DNA from: a virus
Lineage: Duplodnaviria; Heunggongvirae; Uroviricota; Caudoviricetes
Reading direction: 5' to 3' (one strand)
IMG/VR virus record: IMGVR_UViG_3300042485_001768
DNA length: 64,000 nt
Position 1 is the stretch's first letter. Each line of letters starts with the position of its first letter. A model generated the notes under the pieces. The model had not been told where the DNA came from. It searched no databases and worked only from the letters and a program-made list of their open reading frames with translations. Made by a program: the position numbers and the translations under genes. Positions 55,650-63,974 of the stretch are shown one piece after another.

Positions 55650-56288
55650 GTCGAATAAAAAATTGTAAATATATCTTTCGGCAAATTCTTTATTATAATG
55701 TGCTTTTAAAATTCCATAAGCTGGATCTGTAGAAGACAGATGGTAATCATATCCTTTTTGATAAAGGTATGATACTTCTGTCTTCTTTGAATTTTCTACA
55801 CATTTTTTATATTGAAATATATATTGTGTAAATTGATCTATGTATTCTTTATAAAAACATACATCAGAACTTTTAAGCCATAATTTTTTTGAAAAGTATT
55901 TGTTTAAATCATATATTTTAGATTGCTCTTTTTTTCTATCTGCAAAATCTGATAAGTATGAATCAATATACTTTGAATTATATTCTGAATCTGATTTCAA
56001 TGGATGGAAGTCTATAGTTCCAAAATATTTTTTACTTGAGGTTCCCAAATATTCAGTACCAAGAATCGGAAACTCGTAGTTGAAGTCTGGATATAATACC
56101 AAAGACTCTGCAAAAAATTTATTTTTTATATTTAATTCACACAACCTTATCCTTCTTATTTTATCAGTCTTCCAAATGTATGAAGTTATAGTAGATTCAT
56201 TTTCTGTAATATGATTGTTTAACCATGGAGGTAAATCTACTGGTTCTAAATTATTAAATGTGCCTAGTAAGATATCTTTTAAACTCAT
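55641..56288 (-). CDS. ferredoxin-dependent bilin reductase (PebA/PebS-like)
   Basis: RRIR, YP.F.Y..PILG, IDFHPL, YD...YFS, Q..YD....TDPA.GIL...Y..EF...Y....LF. Confidence 0.75.
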   Translation of the reverse strand: MSLKDILLGTFNNLEPVDLPPWLNNHITENESTITSYIWKTDKIRRIRLCELNIKNKFFAESLVLYPDFNYEFPILGTEYLGTSSKKYFGTIDFHPLKSDSEYNSKYIDSYLSDFADRKKEQSKIYDLNKYFSKKLWLKSSDVCFYKEYIDQFTQYIFQYKKCVENSKKTEVSYLYQKGYDYHLSSTDPAYGILKAHYNKEFAERYIYNFLFDLH

Positions 56289-56334
56289 GCACTTATAATA
56301 TAAATTATTATAACAATATTTATTTGTTACTTTT

Positions 56335-57927
56335 ATGAGAATTTTATCAATTTTTGATGGTCATGATGCATCGGCAACTGTTTTAAATAATGGTGTCATC
56401 GAACATTATTTAAAAGAAGAAAGATTCTCTAAAGTAAAGAAGGACAAAAAGATAGACAATATATTTAAAATTTGTTTAGAAAATTTTGTAGATAAGTGTG
56501 ACTATTTTATTTTTAGAACTAATGATACTAATGAAGTAAAGGATGATAAAAATAAAATAATTCAGCAAAAGAATAAAAATATAATATTAATAAATTCTAA
56601 TACTCATCATCACTTATATCATGCATCAATTGCTTTTTATAATAGTGGATTTGAAAGAAGCGTAGTGCTAGTAGTAGATTCTTCTGGAGCAATATTAAAA
56701 AATATGCATGAGTGTGAATCTGTTTATATTTTAGAATATCCAGATAAGATAACTCCAATTTATAAAAACCATCATAGTTCTATTCCACAAAATTTAGATA
56801 AAAGTATTGATGGGTGTCGATACATTTGTAAATCACAATATGGAATAGGTAATTTATATGATGGTGTTGCAATGATTATGGGGCAAACCATTGATGATTG
56901 TGGTAAGGCAATGGGGTTGTCATCATATGGGAATAGAATTCCAGATTTTATTAATTTTTTTGATAAGACAATAGATGAACCAATAGTATTATTAAATGAT
57001 GCTGAAGAAAGATTGTTTTTTAATTTAATTGACAATGGAAAGAATGTAAAAATTACAGAAGATAATTATCAGTTTTATGCTGATTATTGTCTTGAGGTTC
57101 AAGTTCAAACACAAGAAGCTATTTGTAAGTTAGTAAAAAATTCTATTGAAAAAACTGGTATAAAAAATGTCTGCATAAGTGGTGGATATGGAATGAATAT
57201 AATATCCAATCATTTATTAACTAAAAGATTTCCCAATATCAATTTTTATTTTGAACCTCTTTGTGATGATGGTGGGATATCTATAGGTGCAGCAATGTAT
57301 GCATATAGAAAGATAACCAAAGATTCACAAATAATTCCAATAAAAAATACATTTGTTCATGGTTTTAAATATGACATATCACAATATAAAGGAACTACTG
57401 TAGATATAAAACAACTTGCCAAAATTTTATATACCAATAAATCTGTTGCAATATATAATGATCTTGCTGAATCTGGGCAGCGGGCATTGGGCAATAGGTC
57501 TATTTTATTCAATGCGTTAAACCTTAATGCAAAAGAAATAGTTAATGGCATTAAAAAAAGAGAATGGTATAGACCTTTTGCTGCTATAGTTTTGGAAGAG
57601 GATGCTGACCAATATTTTGATATGAGAGATTTAAAATCGAATCCTTTTATGACAGTGTGCTTTCCAGTAAAAACTGATATAATTCCAGGTGTAACTCATG
57701 TCGATAAAACCTGTAGAGTCCAAACGGTTAATAGTGGACACTTGAAAGAACTTCTGCTAGAATTTAAAAAAATTAGCGGACATGGAATTCTTTTAAATAC
57801 TAGTTTTAATCTTGCTGGGGAACCATTAGTAGAAACTCCTGAAGATGCATTTAAAACATTAAACAACTCATCTTTAGATTATCTTTGGTTTTATGAATCA
57901 AAGCAACTGTTTAATTCTTATTATTAA
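56335..57927 (+). CDS. second NodU/CmcH-family carbamoyltransferase
   Basis: GHDAS, KEERFSK, HHHLYHA, GKAMGL, SGGYGMN, RALGNRSIL, KKREWYRPFA, NTSFN. Confidence 0.92.
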   Translation: MRILSIFDGHDASATVLNNGVIEHYLKEERFSKVKKDKKIDNIFKICLENFVDKCDYFIFRTNDTNEVKDDKNKIIQQKNKNIILINSNTHHHLYHASIAFYNSGFERSVVLVVDSSGAILKNMHECESVYILEYPDKITPIYKNHHSSIPQNLDKSIDGCRYICKSQYGIGNLYDGVAMIMGQTIDDCGKAMGLSSYGNRIPDFINFFDKTIDEPIVLLNDAEERLFFNLIDNGKNVKITEDNYQFYADYCLEVQVQTQEAICKLVKNSIEKTGIKNVCISGGYGMNIISNHLLTKRFPNINFYFEPLCDDGGISIGAAMYAYRKITKDSQIIPIKNTFVHGFKYDISQYKGTTVDIKQLAKILYTNKSVAIYNDLAESGQRALGNRSILFNALNLNAKEIVNGIKKREWYRPFAAIVLEEDADQYFDMRDLKSNPFMTVCFPVKTDIIPGVTHVDKTCRVQTVNSGHLKELLLEFKKISGHGILLNTSFNLAGEPLVETPEDAFKTLNNSSLDYLWFYESKQLFNSYY

Positions 57928-57950
57928 TATATAATTTAATCTGAGAGCAC

Positions 57951-58316
57951 ATGAATTTAATGACCGACAATCTTTTCGATGTTCATCATGATGTTGAAAA
58001 GGCTATTGACCTTGCTTTTAATGGAAAATTTGTTTTAAATTTTTATGATTATTTAAAAGTTAATAGTGCAAAAAGATATCAAGTTGAAACATTCATTGAG
58101 AGTAAAACCGCTAATAATATTAATAATATTATTATGGATTTAGATGAATATTTGGAGGGTGGTTCTGATAATGAACATAAACTTCTTAGGGAAGCATATG
58201 GACATATTCCTAAACCACAAGCAAGAAAAATTAGAAACTACCTTTATGGTATTTTAGAAGATGCCTGGAGATATAGTAATGATAGAAGACCAGGAAGAAA
58301 AAAGCAAACTAAATAA
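57951..58316 (+). CDS. hypothetical protein typical of cyanomyoviruses
   Basis: LREAYGHIPKPQARKIRNYL motif. Confidence 0.75.
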   Translation: MNLMTDNLFDVHHDVEKAIDLAFNGKFVLNFYDYLKVNSAKRYQVETFIESKTANNINNIIMDLDEYLEGGSDNEHKLLREAYGHIPKPQARKIRNYLYGILEDAWRYSNDRRPGRKKQTK

Positions 58317-58488
58317 TCATGAACCCGAAATTAATCGGGGATTTGAGTTAATGTTAAGACAGAATAATAGGAGGGAAAATTCATTAACGCCAAAAACATT
58401 TGAGATAATGTTTGGTAAAATGGTTTCTCTCTTCAAACGAGAGTTCCATATTCAGTTCCAATTTATCTTTGATGTAAAAAAGATTTAA
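58261..58488 (+). CDS. hypothetical protein (start uncertain)
   Basis: RGFELMLR...KREFH pattern. Confidence 0.5.
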   Translation: MPGDIVMIEDQEEKSKLNNHEPEINRGFELMLRQNNRRENSLTPKTFEIMFGKMVSLFKREFHIQFQFIFDVKKI

Positions 58489-58504
58489 CTCTCGGGAGAA
58501 AAAA

Positions 58505-58729
58505 ATGTTAGCAGTAACTCTTACTTTAGGAACATTAATTTCTATTATGTTCTTTTTTGTTGGTGGATTATGCGGATGGATGGTAAAACAGTATTTAATT
58601 GAAAGAAATTATACCGCATATACACATCCCGAAATGTTTGATGAAAACGGAAATGTTATTCCAGACGAAATTTTAGCAGTACGATTTGAAAACAGTTATG
58701 ACGACTACGAAGACGAAGAAGACGACTGA
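58505..58729 (+). CDS. small membrane protein
   Basis: N-terminal TM, HPEMFDENGN, acidic tail. Confidence 0.7.
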   Translation: MLAVTLTLGTLISIMFFFVGGLCGWMVKQYLIERNYTAYTHPEMFDENGNVIPDEILAVRFENSYDDYEDEEDD

Positions 58730-59276
58730 AAGAACTAGTAAATCTACAATTACGGAACTTCAACCTAATGCTTTTCAGTTTGAAATTTTAGAACTAGCAT
58801 CAAAACAAAGGTCGAATGCTAATAAGGTTGAAGTTCTAAAAAAATATAGAAATGATGCTTTGGTATCTATATTGATTTGGAATTTTGATGAATCTATTAT
58901 TTCACTTTTACCTGTAGGTGAAGTTCCATATTCTCGCGTAGAAGAGCAATCTTCTTTTAATGATACCTTGTCTGCGTCTCTATCTAAATCTGCAAAAGTG
59001 GAAGGTTTGAGTAGGGCAGATGAATTTATCAGAGAAAGACATACATCTATTCGAAATGAATATCAAAACTTTTATAATTATCTTCAAGGCGGAAATCCAG
59101 CACTTAGTTCTTTACGTAGAGAAACTATGTTCATTCAAATGCTGGAAGGACTTCATCCTCTTGAAGCAGAAATTATGTGCTTAGTCAAAGATAAAAAGTT
59201 AACTGATAGATATAAAATCACCTTTGACCTTGTTAAAGAAGCATATCCCGATGTTGTTTGGGGAGGTCGCTCTTAA
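58698..59276 (+). CDS. hypothetical protein typical of T4-like phages
   Basis: RRETMFIQMLEGLHP.EAE motif. Confidence 0.75.
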   Translation: MTTTKTKKTTERTSKSTITELQPNAFQFEILELASKQRSNANKVEVLKKYRNDALVSILIWNFDESIISLLPVGEVPYSRVEEQSSFNDTLSASLSKSAKVEGLSRADEFIRERHTSIRNEYQNFYNYLQGGNPALSSLRRETMFIQMLEGLHPLEAEIMCLVKDKKLTDRYKITFDLVKEAYPDVVWGGRS

Positions 59277-59533
59277 TGTGTAAAATTATTCATGAAAATT
59301 GTGATGTATCTTTGGCAAAGGACAAGACTTTGCCATTAAACTCCTATCTTGTAAAATATTACAAAGAAGATAATCTACAATATGATATTGTTATCTGTAA
59401 TAAACGTGCAGATATTTTTGATATTTATTGGGATAGGTATAGAGAAGGTTTAAAGTCTATAAAATGGACTGATGGTAGAGTTAATCCAAAACTTTGGGGA
59501 ATTGAACCTAAGGAGGGTAAAAAGAAAAAATGA
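59276..59533 (+). CDS. hypothetical protein
   Basis: Translationally coupled; WTDGRVNPKLWG. Confidence 0.7.
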   Translation: MCKIIHENCDVSLAKDKTLPLNSYLVKYYKEDNLQYDIVICNKRADIFDIYWDRYREGLKSIKWTDGRVNPKLWGIEPKEGKKKK

Positions 59534-59736
59534 CAACAGGATTTGGTGGAACTCCGAATAAAAAGAATAAAGCAACAGTAATAGTTAATGATGATGAAGT
59601 TACAAAATTAATTAAAGAGTATAAAAAAATAAAAAAATATATGAAGTCTTCATTATATAAAATTATGACACTTGATGGGACCGAAAAAAAAGTGTCTAGT
59701 TTATTAGAAGAATACGGTGAAGATGATATCTCCTAA
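59530..59736 (+). CDS. hypothetical protein
   Basis: Overlapping start/stop. Confidence 0.6.
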   Translation: MTTGFGGTPNKKNKATVIVNDDEVTKLIKEYKKIKKYMKSSLYKIMTLDGTEKKVSSLLEEYGEDDIS

Positions 59737-60454
59737 ATGGAAAGACCAAATACTTAATTTAGATTGGAAAAAATACAATGATACTGTTTATAATTCAGTA
59801 TCATTTAATTATTTTCCTAAAGAACAATTGGATATTGATGCTATCGGGGAAACCGATGTTTTTTATAAGTTGGATGAACTTAAAATAGCATATATTCCAA
59901 TATATAAAAATGCATCTACATCAATAAAAAATTCTTTAAACTTTGAACCAGTTTATATAAAACCAAAGAAAGAAGAAATATTTGATATTGATATACCAAA
60001 AGAATATAGAGATTATAAATTTTTTACTATTATTAGAGATCCAAAAACTAGATGGATTTCTGGAATTAATGAATTCATAAACATATATCAAGATCTTGGT
60101 GTAGATTTTGATGGTGATATAAAGGGATCTAGAAAAAAATTTTTGCTTGAGTTAAAAAGAAATAAATTTATATTTGATGGGCATACAAGACCTCAACTAT
60201 CATCTATTGATTTTTGCTTTAAGTATGACATTGATTTATCTCTTATAAAAATGGATGAGAAGTTAGAAGAAAAAATATCTGATTTTGTGGGAAAATATAT
60301 TAAATTGCGACATGATAATCCCATTGAAAAATATAAATTTAAATTGGAAAATTATAATTTTTGTTATCAAATATTAAACAGATATTGTATGAAGAATAGT
60401 TCATTCTTAGAGTTATATGATATGGATTTTTATCTGTACAATAACTCTTTTTAA
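59717..60454 (+). CDS. sulfotransferase family protein
   Basis: IPIYKNASTSI, IIRDPKTRWISG, HTRPQ. Confidence 0.75.
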   Translation: MKMISPKWKDQILNLDWKKYNDTVYNSVSFNYFPKEQLDIDAIGETDVFYKLDELKIAYIPIYKNASTSIKNSLNFEPVYIKPKKEEIFDIDIPKEYRDYKFFTIIRDPKTRWISGINEFINIYQDLGVDFDGDIKGSRKKFLLELKRNKFIFDGHTRPQLSSIDFCFKYDIDLSLIKMDEKLEEKISDFVGKYIKLRHDNPIEKYKFKLENYNFCYQILNRYCMKNSSFLELYDMDFYLYNNSF

Positions 60455-60496
60455 ATGAATCTAAATATAAAATAATCTTTTTTTTCGTTGTTTAGA

Positions 60497-60823
60497 ATGG
60501 GCAAGCATTATCTACTTAATTTGTATGGGTGTTCTTTTTCTTTATTGAACGATTCAGAATTTTTAATAGATCTTTTAGAAAATGCTGCATATGCTAGTGG
60601 AGCTACAGTATTGCAGACAGTTTATAAAAAGTTCGACCCTCAAGGGGTAACTGTTTTGTGTTTACTTTCTGAAAGTCACATTAGCATTCATACATGGCCA
60701 GAAGAGGGAAAGGCTGCTTGCGATGTTTATACGTGCGGAACATCTAACCCTAAAATAGGATGTGATATTATAATTGAACAATTAAAGTCTGAAAATCATA
60801 CATTAAGTTATATTGAGAGATGA
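60497..60823 (+). CDS. speD: pyruvoyl-dependent S-adenosylmethionine decarboxylase family proenzyme
   Basis: FDPQGVT..LLSESHISIHTWPE...CDVYTCG. Confidence 0.92.
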   Translation: MGKHYLLNLYGCSFSLLNDSEFLIDLLENAAYASGATVLQTVYKKFDPQGVTVLCLLSESHISIHTWPEEGKAACDVYTCGTSNPKIGCDIIIEQLKSENHTLSYIER

Positions 60824-61305
60824 ATATTGATACTATCATAGTAGATAAATTTTTAGATAATCCAAATTTAGTGAGAGAATCTGTATTAAAAATACCATTC
60901 ATACATTCTGGAACATTCCCTGGACTAAGGAGTGATGCTGCGGATAAAGATTATCAAAAAATGGTTAAAGATAAATTTACAAAAATTTTAGGAACAAGTA
61001 ATATTATCTTTAGAAAAGACCGCGATTGTTTTAGATTTCAACTATGCTTTGAAAATGATGATAGTTGGATACATAAAGATGATTCCGAATGGGCAGGAGT
61101 TTTGTATTTAACTCCAAATGCTGATGTAAATTCTGGGACAGGAATATATGATCAAAATCAAAATTTGGTCACTATAATTGGGAATGTTTATAATAGATTG
61201 GTATTATACCGAGGAGATTTATTTCATAGAAGTTTAGTTTCTGGTTTTGGTGATACTGTAGAAACTGGAAGACTTACTCAAGTATTCTTTTTTGATATAA
61301 ATTAA
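60820..61305 (+). CDS. 2OG-Fe(II)-oxygenase-like protein (DUF6445-type)
   Basis: DKFLDNP, FPG.RS, WIHKD, GVLYL, SGTG, YNRLVLY, HRS, RLTQVFF. Confidence 0.75.
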   Translation: MNIDTIIVDKFLDNPNLVRESVLKIPFIHSGTFPGLRSDAADKDYQKMVKDKFTKILGTSNIIFRKDRDCFRFQLCFENDDSWIHKDDSEWAGVLYLTPNADVNSGTGIYDQNQNLVTIIGNVYNRLVLYRGDLFHRSLVSGFGDTVETGRLTQVFFFDIN

Positions 61306-61328
61306 ATTTTTCTTATAGTATAAAAATA

Positions 61329-62201
61329 ATGAATAAAAAAAATCTTTATTCCAGTTCTCCAAAAAGATTATTTACTTTTGGGTGTAGTTTTACTGATTAT
61401 GCTTGGGCAACGTGGGCAAATATACTTGGATTTGAATTGAATAAAACTACTGGATGTGAATTTTATAATTTTGGTAAATGTGCATCTGGTAATACATACA
61501 TAGCAAATATTATTTCTCAGGTAGATCAACATTATAATTTTAATTCAGATGATCTTGTAATTGTTTGTTGGACAAGTATCACAAGAGAAGATAGGTGGAT
61601 AACCGATAGATGGGAATGCCACGGCAACATATACTCACCAAACACAATATACGATAAAGTTGTTGTTGAAAAAATAGCAGATATTTTTCATTTTTTAATG
61701 AGAGATTTGTCTAATATAAAACTTGTAGATTCTTTGTTGAAAGATAAAACACAATACCATTTTCTTTCGATAAAAAACTTATTAAATGATAAATTGCATA
61801 CTAATAAAAATTATTATAAATTAAAAAAAAATTATAAAAATATAATTGATAAAATATATCCTAGTTATTCTGAGGTTTTGTGGAAAAATGATATTAGAAT
61901 AAAAACTTATAATGACAAAAATATCTTCCATAAAAATTATGTAGAAGGACATCCATCTCCATTAGAGCATTTTAAATATTTGTGTAATATCTTTGATTAT
62001 AATTTTTCAGATGATACTAAAGATGTTGTGGAAAAAATCAACGATGAATATAGAAATTTAATTATAGATTTGTATTCTGACCAAGACAAAGAATGTCATC
62101 CAGCAGATTTGCCCGAAGAAAAGCTAAATGAATATCATTTAAGATGTCGAAATTTTTTAATATATAATTCTAAAAAGTTATCTGATCTAATAATTGTATA
62201 G
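61329..62201 (+). CDS. SGNH-like hypothetical protein
   Basis: FGCSFT, NFG..ASGN, GHPS; paralog of 917-1687. Confidence 0.55.
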   Translation: MNKKNLYSSSPKRLFTFGCSFTDYAWATWANILGFELNKTTGCEFYNFGKCASGNTYIANIISQVDQHYNFNSDDLVIVCWTSITREDRWITDRWECHGNIYSPNTIYDKVVVEKIADIFHFLMRDLSNIKLVDSLLKDKTQYHFLSIKNLLNDKLHTNKNYYKLKKNYKNIIDKIYPSYSEVLWKNDIRIKTYNDKNIFHKNYVEGHPSPLEHFKYLCNIFDYNFSDDTKDVVEKINDEYRNLIIDLYSDQDKECHPADLPEEKLNEYHLRCRNFLIYNSKKLSDLIIV

Positions 62202-62209
62202 TATTATAC
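62196..62209. promoter_or_regulatory. NtcA-consensus box
   Basis: tGTA-TAGTATTA-TACa is an exact GTA-N8-TAC with T/A flanks. Confidence 0.6.
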
Positions 62210-62217
62210 AAGACCTC

Positions 62218-62246
62218 TTGACTAAATACGTCAAGAGGTCTATGAT
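62218..62246 (+). promoter_or_regulatory. sigma70-like promoter with a late box, inside a 12-bp inverted repeat
   Basis: TTGACT-17 nt-TATGAT; TAAATA at 62223-62228 is the loop of AGACCTCTTGAC/GTCAAGAGGTCT. Confidence 0.7.
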
Positions 62247-62252
62247 GACCTT

Positions 62253-62349
62253 ACGTTCATCAGAGGAAACTCTGACGCAAGTAGGACGGCGGAACGGTAC
62301 GTTCATTCGCTATTCGCAAATAGCGAACGCAAACCGCCCGAAGGAACGG
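62253..62349 (+). ncRNA. glutamine riboswitch (glnA-type)
   Basis: P1 CGTTC/GAACG, P2 TCAGAG-GAAA-CTCTGA, E-loop strands CGCAAGTAGG and CCGAAGG, P3 GGCGG/CCGCC; upstream of a DUF4278-like ORF. Confidence 0.85.
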
Positions 62350-62384
62350 GACCTAAAAATCTCATTTCTTTGGAGGAAATTCTA

Positions 62385-62522
62385 ATGTCTAAAGTAGTAT
62401 ATCGCGGCGTTGAATATAATACCGAAAAGCGTATTCAATACCAACAGCAGATGATGCAGCAACCCCAACAGTATAACGAAACCTATCGTGGTGTTAAGTT
62501 TACTAAGGAGGGTCATAAGTGA
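62385..62522 (+). CDS. DUF4278-like peptide (45 aa)
   Basis: MSKVVYRGVEY...TYRGVKF (two YRG motifs); GGAGG RBS. Confidence 0.85.
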   Translation: MSKVVYRGVEYNTEKRIQYQQQMMQQPQQYNETYRGVKFTKEGHK

Positions 62523-62620
62523 TGAAAAAACTTAATGTACTTCAACTCATTAAAGAGCAGAAGCAAAAAGAGCAACGTCGTCATGAAGCATCACTTGCCC
62601 AACTAGTTGGCAATAGATAA
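62522..62620 (+). CDS. 32-aa basic helical peptide
   Basis: MKKLNVLQLIKEQKQKEQRRHEASLAQLVGNR; TGATG coupling. Confidence 0.65.
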   Translation: MKKLNVLQLIKEQKQKEQRRHEASLAQLVGNR

Positions 62621-62775
62621 TGAAAGATTACCATTATCACTATGATGATATGGATAAGGACAGTAGAAGTCCAGCTTGTTATCTTTTAACATATCGTGGG
62701 TGTCGATACTGGTCATGTTATCGTATTCATCTAGTGGAATGGTTTGAAAAAATGTTTAAATCTGAGGGGTCTTGA
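62620..62775 (+). CDS. 51-aa peptide with a YRG motif
   Basis: MKDYHYHYDDMDKDSR.PACYLLTYRGCRYWSCY...; TAATG coupling. Confidence 0.65.
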   Translation: MKDYHYHYDDMDKDSRSPACYLLTYRGCRYWSCYRIHLVEWFEKMFKSEGS

Positions 62776-62800
62776 CACCCCTCTTTTTTTTAACTATAAT
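62764..62800 (+). terminator. terminator fused to a perfect sigma70 promoter
   Basis: GAGGGGT/ACCCCTC stem plus T8; TTGACA(62772)-17 nt-TATAAT(62795). Confidence 0.8.
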
Positions 62801-62823
62801 TACCTTTGAAACGGTTGATAAAA

Positions 62824-62994
62824 ATGGATGTAGAAAAGGTTAAGCTAATTGTCAGAAACCTTGAGTCTCTGGTAGAATGCCTGAAGTCAGAAATTTATTC
62901 TGACACGACTCCATATCAAATGGATTACGAAGAATCTAACTTTCAAATTACAGATTACGACGAAGTATTTTATGACGGAGACGAAGATGAATAA
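62824..62994 (+). CDS. hypothetical protein
   Basis: MDVEKVKLIVRNLESLVECLKSEIYSD, acidic tail. Confidence 0.7.
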   Translation: MDVEKVKLIVRNLESLVECLKSEIYSDTTPYQMDYEESNFQITDYDEVFYDGDEDE

Positions 62995-63706
62995 TCAGAT
63001 TGATGAATTTGAGTTTATGAAACCAGAAGTAAAACTTATTAGTGTTACCCCAAATGCAGAAAAACACATGGCGTATTGTGCCCGTGTAAGTAATCCTGCT
63101 AATCAAGAGAATGAAAAGTTCTCTGGACTGCTCAAGTATTGTATTCAACATCAGCACTGGAGTATTTTTGAACAGGCAAGTATGACTGTTGAGATTAATA
63201 CTACTCGTGGACTGGCAGCACAAATTCTTCGTCACCGTTCATTTACATATCAAGAATTTTCACAACGGTATGCTGATACTAATCTCCTAAACAAGACTAT
63301 TCCTCTTCCTGAACTTCGTCGTCAGGATACAAAGAACCGTCAAAATAGCATTGATGACATTCCAGATTATCTGAAACTGGTTTTACTTGAAGACATTCGT
63401 GTTTTGTTTGAACACTCTCAAAAACTCTACAATCGTCTTCTAGAGAAGGGTGTGGCAAAGGAGTGTGCAAGGTTTGTATTGCCCTTGGCGACCCCTACAA
63501 GACTCTATATGACGGGCTCTGTGCGTTCTTGGATCCACTACATTGATTTGCGTTCAGCACACGGTACACAGAAGGAACACATGGAGATTGCTGAACTAGT
63601 TCGTTGCATCTTTACGTGTCAGTTCCCTGCAGTGTCTGAAGCACTTGGATGGACTCGTGAAGGTTGTTCTGAATGCGTGGATGCACCTTCTATTACGATC
63701 GAATAA
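62987..63706 (+). CDS. thyX: flavin-dependent thymidylate synthase
   Basis: HWSIFEQ, RHRSFTYQEFSQRY (RHRxxSxxxxS-type), KECARFVLP, HGTQKEH. Confidence 0.96.
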   Translation: MNNQIDEFEFMKPEVKLISVTPNAEKHMAYCARVSNPANQENEKFSGLLKYCIQHQHWSIFEQASMTVEINTTRGLAAQILRHRSFTYQEFSQRYADTNLLNKTIPLPELRRQDTKNRQNSIDDIPDYLKLVLLEDIRVLFEHSQKLYNRLLEKGVAKECARFVLPLATPTRLYMTGSVRSWIHYIDLRSAHGTQKEHMEIAELVRCIFTCQFPAVSEALGWTREGCSECVDAPSITIE

Positions 63707-63731
63707 ATATTGTTACAGTTTATGGTAATTT

Positions 63732-63974
63732 ATGGCAATTTATCCTATCATCAATAAAGAGACTGGGGAACAAAAAGTCATTGAGATGAGTGTTCATGAA
63801 ATCACTCAGTGGTATAAAGATAATCCAGAATGGCAACGAGATTGGTCTGAAGGATGTGCTTCTCTTGGAGAAGTTGGTGAATGGAAAGACCAACTCATCA
63901 AAAAACATCCTGGTTGGAATGAAGTTCTTGAAAAAGCGTCTAAAGCCCCTAAGTCCCTTGTTAAGAAAATCTAA
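63732..63974 (+). CDS. hypothetical protein typical of T4-like cyanophages
   Basis: YP..NKETGE...W..DNP.W...W. Confidence 0.7.
   Translation: MAIYPIINKETGEQKVIEMSVHEITQWYKDNPEWQRDWSEGCASLGEVGEWKDQLIKKHPGWNEVLEKASKAPKSLVKKI

Noticed and set aside
62194-62385. 63-aa ORF upstream of the DUF4278-like gene
   Set aside because: It overlies the promoter and riboswitch, which explain the sequence.
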